NCBI GenBank assembly: GCA_020632555.1
Contig: JACKFI010000005.1
Coordinates: forward strand, 19,793 to 83,792
Origin: Candidatus Omnitrophota bacterium
GTDB lineage: Bacteria; Omnitrophota; Gorgyraeia; Zapsychrales; JANLHA01
Length of the DNA: 64,000 nt
Reading direction: 5' to 3'
The position numbers were made by a program, and so were the translations under genes. Positions 54,864 through 64,000 of the stretch are shown one piece after another. A model generated the notes under the pieces. That model saw only the letters and a program-made list of their open reading frames with translations, did no database searches and was not told the origin of the DNA. Numbering within the stretch: the stretch's first letter is position 1; each line of letters opens with the position of its first letter.

Positions 54864-55379
54864 TTACAGACTTTCTAGAAGACTATTCATTTTAGGCTCT
54901 ACTGCACGTATTGAATTCAGTGAATCATTGACTGACTCTTTAATCAATTTGCCATTTTCAAATACTAATTCTAGAACTTCCTCCTCATATTGTGCATGCA
55001 AAACACCACTAAACCAAATCGCCTTAATAGGTAATTCTAGATCCGGAAATATTGTGGACAACAATAACTTGCTACTTACATCTTCCGAACATGGCCTGAA
55101 TAAATTCGTTAAATACAAATACCCATTCTCTATATCCCAATATCCCTGATATCCACGCCGACCAGATGTGCAAACATCACCAACTATGGACGAAAAATCT
55201 GGACGAATATTCTTTGCATTGAAATATGATTCCAGCGGCAACTCCTCAATATACAACATCCGAGCATCAGAATAATACAAGATTTCCTTGACTTGCTCTG
55301 TTGCAGATACAGGGGAACTCAAAAACAAAATTACACACACAAGAAAGAATAATATCTTTTTCATAAATCCTCTATACAC
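54864..55379 (-). CDS. hypothetical secreted protein
   Basis: 171-aa ORF with a signal peptide. No motif was recognised. Confidence 0.4.
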   Translation of the reverse strand: MYRGFMKKILFFLVCVILFLSSPVSATEQVKEILYYSDARMLYIEELPLESYFNAKNIRPDFSSIVGDVCTSGRRGYQGYWDIENGYLYLTNLFRPCSEDVSSKLLLSTIFPDLELPIKAIWFSGVLHAQYEEEVLELVFENGKLIKESVNDSLNSIRAVEPKMNSLLESL

Positions 55380-55458
55380 ATCTAATGTTTACAATAAGTT
55401 CATCCAAGAATGATTTCCCTCCCCTTGCAGACTGGGTCAAATAAGGAAGAAAATATAG

Positions 55459-56943
55459 TTATTCTACCCGCGGAAAAAGCGGCTCGCCAATTTTGATCAC
55501 ATCCCCGCTAAATTGCTCTTTAATCTTTTCTGCTGTCGACGGCATAATCGGAGCAATCGCTTGCGCACTAAACTTAAGGACAGCAACAACAATCCCCAGG
55601 AAATTGATCACTTCGTCCTGCTTGCCTTCTTTTTTCAAATTCCAGGGCTTAATCTGTTCAACAAATTTATTGGCTGCCCCTATCAAATCCCAAACTTCTG
55701 CCAAATACAGATTAAACGCCAACTTGCTAATCAAATCACTGGCCTGTCCACCCTGCACAACAAATTTTTCCAAAATCGGACTGTCAATACCCTCTGGCCA
55801 TATTAACGCCGTTCCTTGCGGAATCTTGCCGTCAACATATTTTGAAATCATATTGGCCGTGCGATGAACCAAGTTACCCAAATCATTAGCCAAATCCCCG
55901 TTGAAACGTTTTTCAAAAGAATCCGTCGAAAAGTTTCCGTCACCGCCAAAAGGCACGTCACGCATCAAAAAATAACGAAACGCATCCACACCATATTTCT
56001 CAACCATTTCTATCGGGTCAACAACATTGCCCAAAGACTTAGACATTTTGATCTCGCCCATTTTCCACCAACCGTGCGCGACAATCTGTTTGGGTAAAGC
56101 CAAACCAGCCGCTTTGAGCATAATCGGCCAATAAATCGCGTGTTGACGAATAATGTCTTTGGCCATCATATGAATATCCGCCGGCCAAAACGTATCAAAT
56201 TTAGCTTTGTCATCAACAAAACCAATTGCACTAATATAATTAATTAAAGCATCAAACCAGACATAAGTAACATGCTCTCGATCAAAAGGAACTTCAATCC
56301 CCCAATTCAAACGGGACTTAGGACGGGAAACACACAAATCTGTTAGTTTATTATTCTCCAAAAAACCTACCACTTCGTTATATCTTGTCTGCGGAAAAAC
56401 AAAATCGGGATTCTCTTTCAAGTATTGCAAAAGCCAATCTTGATGTTTGGAAAGTTTAAAGAAATAATTCTTCTCTTTAATAAAATCGACCGCACGGCCG
56501 CAATCTGGACATTTTCCGTCGACTAACTGGGACTCCATCCAAAACATTTCATCCGGAACACAATACCAGCCGCCATACTCCCCCTCATAAATTTCATCCT
56601 TGGCTTTGAGAATTTCCCAAAACTTTTGCACCGCGGCTATGTGGCGCGCATCTGTCGTACGAATAAAATCATCATTGGAAACATTGAGCGTTTGCCATAA
56701 TTCCTTAAACTTAGGCGAAATACAATCGGTGAATTCTTTAGGTGAAAGATTCAATTGCTCAGCGGCTTTTTGAATCTTTTGTCCATGTTCATCCGTGCCG
56801 GTTAAAAAGTAAACATCATGCCCTTGTTCTCGATAAAAACGGGCCAAACAATCTGCCGCAATGGTTGTGTACGCATGCCCAATATGCGGATTAGCATTCA
56901 CATAATAAATCGGTGTTGTAATATAGAATTTATTTTTCATCAT
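55459..56943 (-). CDS. metG: methionine--tRNA ligase (short form)
   Basis: 'TTPIYYVNANPHIGHAYT' (HIGH), the zinc knuckle 'CPDCGR' and 'KMSKSLGN' (KMSKS). The start is taken at MMKNKF. Confidence 0.9.
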   Translation of the reverse strand: MMKNKFYITTPIYYVNANPHIGHAYTTIAADCLARFYREQGHDVYFLTGTDEHGQKIQKAAEQLNLSPKEFTDCISPKFKELWQTLNVSNDDFIRTTDARHIAAVQKFWEILKAKDEIYEGEYGGWYCVPDEMFWMESQLVDGKCPDCGRAVDFIKEKNYFFKLSKHQDWLLQYLKENPDFVFPQTRYNEVVGFLENNKLTDLCVSRPKSRLNWGIEVPFDREHVTYVWFDALINYISAIGFVDDKAKFDTFWPADIHMMAKDIIRQHAIYWPIMLKAAGLALPKQIVAHGWWKMGEIKMSKSLGNVVDPIEMVEKYGVDAFRYFLMRDVPFGGDGNFSTDSFEKRFNGDLANDLGNLVHRTANMISKYVDGKIPQGTALIWPEGIDSPILEKFVVQGGQASDLISKLAFNLYLAEVWDLIGAANKFVEQIKPWNLKKEGKQDEVINFLGIVVAVLKFSAQAIAPIMPSTAEKIKEQFSGDVIKIGEPLFPRVE

Positions 56944-57748
56944 CAGCCCCACTGCTCGCCTTTGCCGGCGCAAAAGAAACCTTGGTCATTTTGCCTTCAC
57001 CCAAATCCACAAACACCAGTTTTTTAAGAATATTCACATCGCGCACGCTGCCCTTTCCTTCGGGCGTAGTAATTTTATCGCCGATCGACGGCAGATTTCT
57101 TGCTAAATCCCGATAAGCCAAATATTCATACGCCATACAACATTTAATCCGGCCACACACGCCAGAAATACGGGTGGGATTTAACGGCAAACCTTGTTCC
57201 TTGGCCATTTTGATCGATAATTGATGAAACCCCTTCAAATACGATGAACAACACAATTCCCGCCCACAGACACCATAACCAGCAATGATTTTGGCCCGAT
57301 CCCGAACGCCGATTTGTTTCAATTCAATGCGCACGCGAAAAATCTTGGCCAAGTCTTTAACCAAACTGCGAAAATCTACCCGGCCTTCGGCGGTGAAAAA
57401 GAAAATCACCTTACTGCAATCAAAGGTGTATTCCGCTTTGACAATTTGCATATCCAGCTTGCGTTCACTAATCTTGCGAATGCACGCATTGACCGCATCC
57501 TGCGCTTTGAGCCGATTGTTTTGCAATTGGTTCTTGTCTCCTTCGGTCAAAACACGAATGATTTTTCCAGCAGCGGCATCTGTCTTACCCGCACAAGCTG
57601 TCGTCGTATCCGTCAAGACATGCCCAAACTCCATCGAACGATCCTGTTCAATAATGACATAGTCCCCGCGATTGCATTCGATGTCATTTTGATCATAAAA
57701 CCCAACCGGACGGTATTCGCCTAACTGCACCTCTATAATCTTGCCCAT
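56930..57748 (-). CDS. PSP1 domain protein (RicT/YaaT-like)
   Basis: PSP1 C-terminal domain with 'CGRELCCSSYL' and 'GVCGRIKCCMAYE' Cys clusters. It shows the conserved synteny holB-ricT-metG. Confidence 0.8.
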   Translation of the reverse strand: MGKIIEVQLGEYRPVGFYDQNDIECNRGDYVIIEQDRSMEFGHVLTDTTTACAGKTDAAAGKIIRVLTEGDKNQLQNNRLKAQDAVNACIRKISERKLDMQIVKAEYTFDCSKVIFFFTAEGRVDFRSLVKDLAKIFRVRIELKQIGVRDRAKIIAGYGVCGRELCCSSYLKGFHQLSIKMAKEQGLPLNPTRISGVCGRIKCCMAYEYLAYRDLARNLPSIGDKITTPEGKGSVRDVNILKKLVFVDLGEGKMTKVSFAPAKASSGADDEK

Positions 57749-58713
57749 ATTTTCTCCCGCAATAGAATGAACGGAATTTTAATATTGAGATTCTCGCCCA
57801 AAAGCGCCAAGGCCCGAACCACTTCCTCAATAATACCGTCGACATTCTCAAATGAATATTTTTTCTCGAGCGTTAATAGCTCATCGTAACGATCAGGGTG
57901 AACCAAATGCTTTTGTCCACCGCCGGATTTGAGAATCAACAAATCCCGAAACCAGGACAAAAGAACTGTTAACGCAACTTGCAATTGCGATTTATCGCTT
58001 AAAATCTTTTTCAAATACGGATCACTGCTTTCTTGCAAAATCAAATTGTCAATCACTTGGTTTTTATACTCAACAAATTTCTTTTCGTACAAATCTTTGG
58101 CTTTGCTAACACTGCCTTGGGAAAACTGCGCCAAACACTGCGCGACAGCTGCATCCAATCTCATCTGCTCCATTAACTGCTGACGCACAGCCGGCACCGA
58201 GCCAGACAAGAATTTGATCAGATGACAGCGCGACACAACCGTCGGCAAATTCTCTTCTGGAACCGACGTGGTCAAAATCATCAAAGTATCTTTAGACGGT
58301 TCCTCAAGTGTTTTTAATAAAGCATTGCTGCTCTCAGCTGTCATGTTCTCGATATCTTTGATAATGCAAATTTTGATCGTGCCTTCAAAGGCGCGCATTT
58401 GCAAACGCGCAATCAATTCGCGAATCTGCGCGATCTTAATGGATTCCGCGTCGCCGCAATCCAAGACATGAATATCCGGATAATTCCCAGAAGATATGCG
58501 CAAACACGCCGAGCATTGTTCGCACGCCTCTGTCTGCTGGCCAGCCGCGACCTGTTGACAATTAAGCAACTTGGCAATACTGAGCGCTGTTTCACTTTTG
58601 CCAATGCCTTGCGGGCCGGCAAATAAATACGCATGCGCCATGCGGCCGGATTTTAATAATCGGCTAAAGCGCGATAAGATATCATGATTAACTATATCTG
58701 TATTTAACATCAT
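57733..58713 (-). CDS. holB: DNA polymerase III subunit delta'
   Basis: 'HAYLFAGPQGIGKSETA', the zinc module 'CEQCSACLRISSGNYPDI' and 'ALLKTLEEP'. Confidence 0.8.
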   Translation of the reverse strand: MMLNTDIVNHDILSRFSRLLKSGRMAHAYLFAGPQGIGKSETALSIAKLLNCQQVAAGQQTEACEQCSACLRISSGNYPDIHVLDCGDAESIKIAQIRELIARLQMRAFEGTIKICIIKDIENMTAESSNALLKTLEEPSKDTLMILTTSVPEENLPTVVSRCHLIKFLSGSVPAVRQQLMEQMRLDAAVAQCLAQFSQGSVSKAKDLYEKKFVEYKNQVIDNLILQESSDPYLKKILSDKSQLQVALTVLLSWFRDLLILKSGGGQKHLVHPDRYDELLTLEKKYSFENVDGIIEEVVRALALLGENLNIKIPFILLREKIWARL

Positions 58714-58893
58714 TAACTCAACTTCCCAACTTTCTTAAACTCCCCCAATCCCCTCTTTAACAAAAGAGGGGAAGACTACTGCTTGACCCTTAATATTTCT
58801 TAACTCATCTTTCATCTCTTTACGTAGAAAGAGGCTCGTCTGCCAAAAGCAGAATTAAGGGGAGTTCTTATTTTAAAAAAGCAGGAGCTGTCC

Positions 58894-59511
58894 CTACTTT
58901 TTTAAAAACTCGTCCACATAATGACGTACGGTTTTGAAGATTTCGTCCTTGCCTTTATTGACTTTGATCACGCGAAAGCGATGCGGCTCTTGTTTGGCGA
59001 GAGCCAAATATCCTTTGCGTACCCGACGGTGATATTGCACAGAGCGCAGTTCAATGCGATCTTTAACTGCATTGGTGCGCGCCAAGCCTTTTTCCGTTTG
59101 AATATCAAACAATAATGTCAAGTCCGGGGCTACGCCTTGGGTGGCAAATGCACCAATCTTTTTGATCGCTGCCACATCTACGCCATTGCCAAACCCTTGA
59201 TAAGCGATGGTCGAATCCAAATACCGGTCACACAAAACAATCTTGCCTTGCATTAAAGCGGGTTTTAAAATTTCTTCAACCATTTGTGCGCGCGACGCCA
59301 TATACAACAATGTTTCACTTTCTTTTGTCATATCGGTATTCTTCACGTCCAGCAAAAGCTTGCGTATCGCTTCACTGATCTTAACGCCGCCGGGCTCACG
59401 CAAAAGCAGAACGGGAATATTTCTTTTTTGCAAATACTCAAATACCATGGCCGCTTGCGTACTCTTTCCCGAACCTTCCGAACCTTCAAAAGAAATAAAT
59501 CGACCTTTCAT
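58894..59511 (-). CDS. tmk: thymidylate kinase
   Basis: P-loop 'FEGSEGSGKST' and 'DRYLDSTIAYQG'. Its start forms an ATGA overlap with the cysS stop. Confidence 0.9.
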   Translation of the reverse strand: MKGRFISFEGSEGSGKSTQAAMVFEYLQKRNIPVLLLREPGGVKISEAIRKLLLDVKNTDMTKESETLLYMASRAQMVEEILKPALMQGKIVLCDRYLDSTIAYQGFGNGVDVAAIKKIGAFATQGVAPDLTLLFDIQTEKGLARTNAVKDRIELRSVQYHRRVRKGYLALAKQEPHRFRVIKVNKGKDEIFKTVRHYVDEFLKK

Positions 59512-60914
59512 GCAAATCTCCACGTCTGTCCGTCTTTGGTGTCCTCAACAATAATTCCTTTGGCCTTTAAAGCATCTCGCAGTTCATCAGCCTTCTTGAA
59601 ATCTTTGTTTTGCCGGGCCAACGTGCGAGCTTGCAAAAGCTGCTCTTCATCAGGAGAAAGCTTTATTTGCGGCTCGCGCAAGAACAATCCCAAAACTTCT
59701 CTGCCTAAACTCTCGATCGTCTCAACGGCCGTATAAACAGTATCGGCAAACTGCGGATTCTCTTGTTGACTCTCAATAAAACGATTAGTTTCGGCCAAAA
59801 AGTTAAACAATGCCGCCAAAGCTTTGGGCGTATTAAAATCATCGTCCATCGCGGCAATAAAATCAGCTTTGTGACGCTCGACAAAATCCACAGAAATCAT
59901 CTTGAGTGTTGAATATTTCTCTAGAATGTGGCTAGCCTTCCAGAACAAAATGTCAAAACGCTCTATTGCTTTATGAGCTTCCAGCATTTTCTCTTGTGTG
60001 AAATCAATAGCGCTGCCGTACGCTGACATCAAAAAGAAAATCTTCACATCATCCACTGGATACTTTTTGAGCGCATCCTCGACGGTAATAAAGTTACCCA
60101 AGGACTTGGCCATTTTCTGTCCGTCAATGGTCAATAAACCATGATGAATCCAATATTTGGCAAATGGTTTTTTGGTATAAGCTTCTGATTGAGCGATTTC
60201 ATTCTCATGATGCGGAAAAATCAAATCCCGGCCGCCAGCATGAATATCCAGTGTTTCACACTGCAAATGTTTAAGGCTCATGCACGAACATTCAATATGC
60301 CAACCCGGCCGACCCGCCCCCCAAGGACTGTCCCAAAATGGTTCGCCTTCTTTTGACTTCTTCCACAACGCAAAATCTAAGGGATCGTGTTTCTTATCCC
60401 CTTTATCAATGCGCACGGCCTCGCGCATATGTTCCACGCTTTGACCAGAAAGCTTGCCATAATCGGGGAATTTGCGAACATTAAAATAAACGTCACCCTG
60501 CGATTCATACGCATAACCATCAGCAATCAAAGTCGAAATATATTTGATCATCTCGGCAATATTCTCGGTGGCGCGCGGCTCAATATCAGCCTTTTCAACA
60601 CCCAAACGATTCATATCGTCATAGTAATCTTTGATGTTTTGCGTCGAAACCTCTTCGCTAGTCTTGCCCAAGTCATTAGCGCGATTGATGATTTTGTCGT
60701 CGATATCAGTGATATTGCGAACAAAATAAACATCATACCCGCGGAATTTCAAATAGCGGCGAATCACATCAAAAATATACAAACTGCGAGCATGCCCCAA
60801 ATGACATTTGTCATAAACGGTCACACCGCAGGAATACATGCGAATGGTTTTGCCAGAGAGTGGTACCAAATCTTCAAGTTTTTTACTTAATGAATTGTAA
60901 ATTTGTATGGACAT
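59508..60914 (-). CDS. cysS: cysteine--tRNA ligase
   Basis: 'CGVTVYDKCHLGHARS' (HIGH region), 'GWHIECS' and 'KMAKSLGN' (KMSKS). Confidence 0.9.
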   Translation of the reverse strand: MSIQIYNSLSKKLEDLVPLSGKTIRMYSCGVTVYDKCHLGHARSLYIFDVIRRYLKFRGYDVYFVRNITDIDDKIINRANDLGKTSEEVSTQNIKDYYDDMNRLGVEKADIEPRATENIAEMIKYISTLIADGYAYESQGDVYFNVRKFPDYGKLSGQSVEHMREAVRIDKGDKKHDPLDFALWKKSKEGEPFWDSPWGAGRPGWHIECSCMSLKHLQCETLDIHAGGRDLIFPHHENEIAQSEAYTKKPFAKYWIHHGLLTIDGQKMAKSLGNFITVEDALKKYPVDDVKIFFLMSAYGSAIDFTQEKMLEAHKAIERFDILFWKASHILEKYSTLKMISVDFVERHKADFIAAMDDDFNTPKALAALFNFLAETNRFIESQQENPQFADTVYTAVETIESLGREVLGLFLREPQIKLSPDEEQLLQARTLARQNKDFKKADELRDALKAKGIIVEDTKDGQTWRFA

Positions 60915-60952
60915 TTAATGCTTTCAGTTTTATTTGAAATTCAAGGTTATAT

Positions 60953-61072
60953 TAAATGGCCTTCCCCCGCGAGTTCCGCAGCCCAGTCGATTACTTATAA
61001 GCCTTTTAAACTTTGAATAAGCGACTGGTGCGAGGACTGTCTGAGCGAGGAAGGTCATTTAACACAACCTTC
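60953..61072 (-). other. highly structured cysE-cysS intergenic element (candidate leader/attenuator or REP-like element)
   Basis: On the minus strand, AAATGACCTTCC pairs with GGAAGGCCATTT about 85 nt away and encloses CCAGTCGCTTAT...ATAAG-TAAT-CGACTGG. An upstream GGAAGGTT can pair instead with GACCTTCC. Confidence 0.3.
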
Positions 61073-61086
61073 CTTTATTTATCAGA

Positions 61087-61812
61087 TTAAATCGTATAAT
61101 CAATGTCGCTGTCCTGCTCCTCTTGGACAGTGCGATGAATGCCCAATTTTTCCTCGGCGGCCTTAAGCCTACGAATAACATCTTTCAAATGCATCATAAT
61201 CGGATCTTGCACATGACCATGATCCATTTCGCTATCAATCTTACGGCCCTCTTGACGAGTAATACGGCCCGGAACGCCGACAACCGTCGTATTGGGTGGA
61301 ACATTTTTTAACACCACCGCATTCGCGCCGATATAGGAATTTGAACCTACCAAAATATTCCCCAACACTTTGGCACCAGTTCCGACGACAATATTGTCCC
61401 CTAAAGTCGGATGGCGTTTGCCGCATTCCTTTCCTGTCCCGCCTAAAGTCACGCCTTGAAACAAAGTCACATTATTACCAATGATGGTTGTTTCGCCAAT
61501 GACTACCCCCATACCATGATCAATAAAAAATCCCTGCCCAATTTGCGCACCGGGATGGATTTCGATACCACTTAAAAAACGAATGGTTTGCGAAATCGCC
61601 CGCGGAACAAAAGGAATCTTTTTCGTCCACAAAAAATGAGCAATGCGATAGCCAATCACCGCGTGCAAACCCGGATACAACAGTAACACTTCCCACTTGT
61701 TCTTGGCCGCCGGGTCGCGATCCTGTGTTGCCTTAACTTCCGACGCAAAAACAAAAGCGACAAAGAAAACCACCGCAATCCAAAATATAATAAAAATCAA
61801 TAATCCCATCAT
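61087..61812 (-). CDS. cysE: serine O-acetyltransferase
   Basis: 'YPGLHAVIGYRIAHFLW', 'GIEIHPGAQIGQGFFIDHGMGVVIGETTIIGNNVTLFQGVTLGG' and the hexapeptide repeats fit CysE. The N-terminus is unusually hydrophobic. Confidence 0.8.
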   Translation of the reverse strand: MMGLLIFIIFWIAVVFFVAFVFASEVKATQDRDPAAKNKWEVLLLYPGLHAVIGYRIAHFLWTKKIPFVPRAISQTIRFLSGIEIHPGAQIGQGFFIDHGMGVVIGETTIIGNNVTLFQGVTLGGTGKECGKRHPTLGDNIVVGTGAKVLGNILVGSNSYIGANAVVLKNVPPNTTVVGVPGRITRQEGRKIDSEMDHGHVQDPIMMHLKDVIRRLKAAEEKLGIHRTVQEEQDSDIDYTI

Positions 61813-61820
61813 AATCTCAC

Positions 61821-62150
61821 CTACCGCCCCTTTCTCGCCGCCACAGCAAATTGCAAGAAATACTTATTCCATACCTCCTGCGTCGATGAATACTCATTCT
61901 TCCCAACAAGAAAATCTACCAGAGCTTCGCGAACTCGCGCCACTTCTCTAAAACGACCCTTGTTCTTGCGATCCATCAGCGTCAGGTCCAATAACTCCAA
62001 AGCCCGTTCAAATGCTTTTTGACTATTAGGCAAATTATTCTTTGCTTTCCAATTCAAAGCTCGACCGACATCACTGCCGACATTAGCCATTTGTTCAACA
62101 AATGTAAAAGTAAACCACCGACCTGAGACTAATCCTTTATGATACATCAC
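61821..62150 (-). CDS. conserved hypothetical helical protein
   Basis: 109-aa ORF overlapping the ispF stop by 4 nt. Its composition is helical. No family could be named with confidence. Confidence 0.4.
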   Translation of the reverse strand: MMYHKGLVSGRWFTFTFVEQMANVGSDVGRALNWKAKNNLPNSQKAFERALELLDLTLMDRKNKGRFREVARVREALVDFLVGKNEYSSTQEVWNKYFLQFAVAARKGR

Positions 62151-62638
62151 GTTTTCTTTCTTCGGCGTTTGCGCAAGAGCACCGTCGCATAAGCGGCTAT
62201 GCCTTCTTTGCGACCCAGCGCGCCCAAGCCTTCAGTGGTGGTGGCTTTGATATTTACGCAGCCTTCATCAATTTGTAAAACTTTGGCAATAGCTGTTTTC
62301 ATCGCCGATTTATAACTATTGATCTTAGGCTCCTGTGCTAAAATCACCGTATCAATATTTTCAATCACATAACCCATTTTGCCGACCAACAAATACACGG
62401 TTTCTAAAAGCTCAATGCTGGCAATATTGTGAAAACGTTGATCAGTATTAGGAAAATGCTCGCCGATATCCCCTTGCCCCAAAGCGCCTAACAGTGCGTC
62501 ACAAATCGCGTGCAACACAACATCCGCATCCGAATGCCCGTCGAGGCCCTTGTCATGAGCAATAGGCACGCCGCCTAAAACAAGCTTGCGCCCTTTGACC
62601 AAACAATGAACATCGTATCCTATGCCGGTTTTGAACAT
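62147..62638 (-). CDS. ispF: 2-C-methyl-D-erythritol 2,4-cyclodiphosphate synthase
   Basis: 'GIGYDVHCL....LVLGGV', 'GHSDADVVLHAICDALLGA' and 'DIGEHFP' are canonical IspF motifs. Confidence 0.9.
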   Translation of the reverse strand: MFKTGIGYDVHCLVKGRKLVLGGVPIAHDKGLDGHSDADVVLHAICDALLGALGQGDIGEHFPNTDQRFHNIASIELLETVYLLVGKMGYVIENIDTVILAQEPKINSYKSAMKTAIAKVLQIDEGCVNIKATTTEGLGALGRKEGIAAYATVLLRKRRRKKT

Positions 62639-62647
62639 ATTTTTAAA

Positions 62648-62720
62648 GGGGTTAGGGGTTAGGGATTAGTGGCTGGTCGCTAATCAACCCCAACATCCAG
62701 CGTCTAACGTCCAACGTCCT
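62648..62720. repeat. second copy of the GGGGTTA-type G-rich element plus a hairpin, inserted between ispD and ispF
   Basis: GGGGTTAGGGGTTAGGGATTAGTGG (also present in 31827-31900) is followed by CTAATCAACCCC, which can pair back. AACGTCC repeats come next. Confidence 0.8.
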
Positions 62721-62745
62721 TATCCTATTATGTGAACCGTAAGAC

Positions 62746-63429
62746 TTAACTCAATAATGCCTCGGCTATTTTCAAATCTTCTGGTGTCGTAATCTTGACA
62801 TTGCGGTATTCGCCTTCAATCATTTTGATCTTAGCCCCATATCGCTCAACAAGAAAAGCATCATCGGTAATCTCAACATCTAATCCCGCCCCTTGCTGAT
62901 GCGCCTGTGTTAAAAGTTCATACGCAAAAACTTGCGGCGTTTGTGCTTCCCAAAGAATCGTCCGATCCAACGTCGCATCAATTTCTTTGGCCTTAGGATC
63001 AATACGCTTGATTGTAGGCTTAAGCGGCACACCAACCACCACTGCCTGTGTGGCATAACACGTTTTAATTGCCTCTTCAATAACTTTCAAGGAAACCAAA
63101 GGCCTAGCTCCGTCGTGAATCAGCACAAAATCGATATTGGGATTCAAGAGCTTCAAACCATTATTCACGGATTCATAGCGGCTTTGACCACCAGCGGTAA
63201 CTTGAATTGATTTCTTAAACGGATATTTCTTAATCACACAGTCGAATTCGGCCACACTTTCCGGCGGAGCGACAACCACAACACCTTCAACCAAATCACA
63301 ACGTTCAAAAACTTCCAAGGAATAAATCAAAACTTCTTTACCCTTGAGCAATAATAAAGGCTTAGGCGTATCTGAGCCAAAACGAGTTCCGGCGCCAGCG
63401 GCAGGAATAATAACATATGTTTTCATCAA
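62746..63429 (-). CDS. ispD: 2-C-methyl-D-erythritol 4-phosphate cytidylyltransferase
   Basis: 'VIIPAAGAGTRFG...PKPLL' and 'LIHDGARP' are IspD motifs. Confidence 0.9.
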   Translation of the reverse strand: MMKTYVIIPAAGAGTRFGSDTPKPLLLLKGKEVLIYSLEVFERCDLVEGVVVVAPPESVAEFDCVIKKYPFKKSIQVTAGGQSRYESVNNGLKLLNPNIDFVLIHDGARPLVSLKVIEEAIKTCYATQAVVVGVPLKPTIKRIDPKAKEIDATLDRTILWEAQTPQVFAYELLTQAHQQGAGLDVEITDDAFLVERYGAKIKMIEGEYRNVKITTPEDLKIAEALLS

Positions 63430-63458
63430 TAATCTCCGTCTCTAAAGCAAAGATCAGT

Positions 63459-64000
63459 TTAAGTGGCTAATTTTGTAAAAATAATCCGACCTCCTTGCGT
63501 CGGCAAAATCGAAGTGACCATCACGCGAACTTTTTTGCCTACCAAAGACCGCCCACCAGCCACCACAATCATCGTCCCATCTTCAGTATAAGCCAATCCC
63601 TGATCGGGCTCTTTGCCTTCTTTGACCAAACGAACATCCATTTCCTCACCAATAAAAATCGACGGCTTAATTGCGTTTAAAAGATCCTGAACATTAATCG
63701 TGACAACACCCTGAATAGCGGCAATGCGACTCAAATTATAATCGGTGGTAAAAATTCGTGCCTCCATAATCTTGGCTAAACGTACCAACTTGGCATCCAC
63801 TTCGGTAATCCCGGAAATATCATCCTCATGAATCCGAACATCTAAAGCGGCATCTTTTTGCATATTGCGCAAAATTTCAACTCCGCGTCGACCACGCTGA
63901 CGTTTGAGCTCATCATTCGAATCAGCCAAATTCTGCAATTCCTGTAAAACAAAACGCGGTACAACCAAGCGGCCGGTAATAAAATTGGTTTTGTAAATAT
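63459..64000 (-). CDS. PIN/TRAM domain protein (YacL-like), with the 5' end outside the window
   Basis: 'VVPRFVLQELQNLADS' and 'TTDYNLSRIAAIQGV' form the C-terminal half of a PIN domain. 'GEEMDVRLVKEGKEPDQGLAYTEDGTMIVVAGG....VGKKVRVMVTSIL' is a TRAM domain. The reading frame stays open to position 64000. Confidence 0.7.
   Translation of the reverse strand, partial: IYKTNFITGRLVVPRFVLQELQNLADSNDELKRQRGRRGVEILRNMQKDAALDVRIHEDDISGITEVDAKLVRLAKIMEARIFTTDYNLSRIAAIQGVVTINVQDLLNAIKPSIFIGEEMDVRLVKEGKEPDQGLAYTEDGTMIVVAGGRSLVGKKVRVMVTSILPTQGGRIIFTKLAT

Noticed and set aside
60915-61086. T-box leader upstream of cysS
   Set aside because: There is no AGAGA/GNUGGNA-type T-box sequence, no specifier-loop architecture that I can recognise and no terminator U-tract. 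I kept it only as an unexplained structured element.

Overview
The window comes from an AT-rich diderm bacterium. LptF/G, a LolA-like protein, outer-membrane barrels and a YdbH/YnbE/YdbL module all point to an outer membrane. Most genes are on the minus strand. I saw no rRNA and no CRISPR array.

There are three zones.

(1) 0.4-19.3 kb is an envelope and lipid cluster.
- It holds an MBOAT plus two SGNH proteins, a short YdbH-like protein and a YnbE-YdbL fusion lipoprotein.
- It holds two paralogous genes that fuse a PilZ domain to an N-acyl-amino-acid-synthase-like domain. Each is preceded by a c-di-GMP-I (GEMM-I)-like riboswitch.
- It also holds a tandemly duplicated MacB/Lol-type ABC ATPase-permease pair, a LolA-like protein, a beta-barrel, a GH26-like hydrolase and a 1121-aa orphan secreted protein.

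(2) 19.4-38.4 kb is accessory and repeat-dense.
- There are four IS elements (ISNCY, IS4-like, IS3, IS256) with definable ends.
- There are several decayed genes and two toxin-antitoxin loci.
- ssrA (tmRNA) and smpB lie here.
- tRNA-Leu(CAG) is preceded by four 64-65 bp repeats that copy its 5' end.
- The tRNA is followed by a 93-bp tandem array, and a second copy of that element lies 5.4 kb away. The two copies bracket an island that carries a nonsense-mutated serine recombinase.
- Telomere-like GGGGTTA repeats occur at two loci.

(3) 38.4-64 kb is a housekeeping block: aceE-aceF-lpdA, ssb, pyrE, lptFG, alr, tsaBE, thiL, mtnA, metG, holB, tmk, cysS, cysE and ispDF.

The most interesting candidate is the PilZ::N-acyl-synthase module, which appears to be gated by c-di-GMP at both the RNA and the protein level and sits among lipid-transport genes. 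All homology calls are from reading translations and from memory of family motifs. No searches were run.
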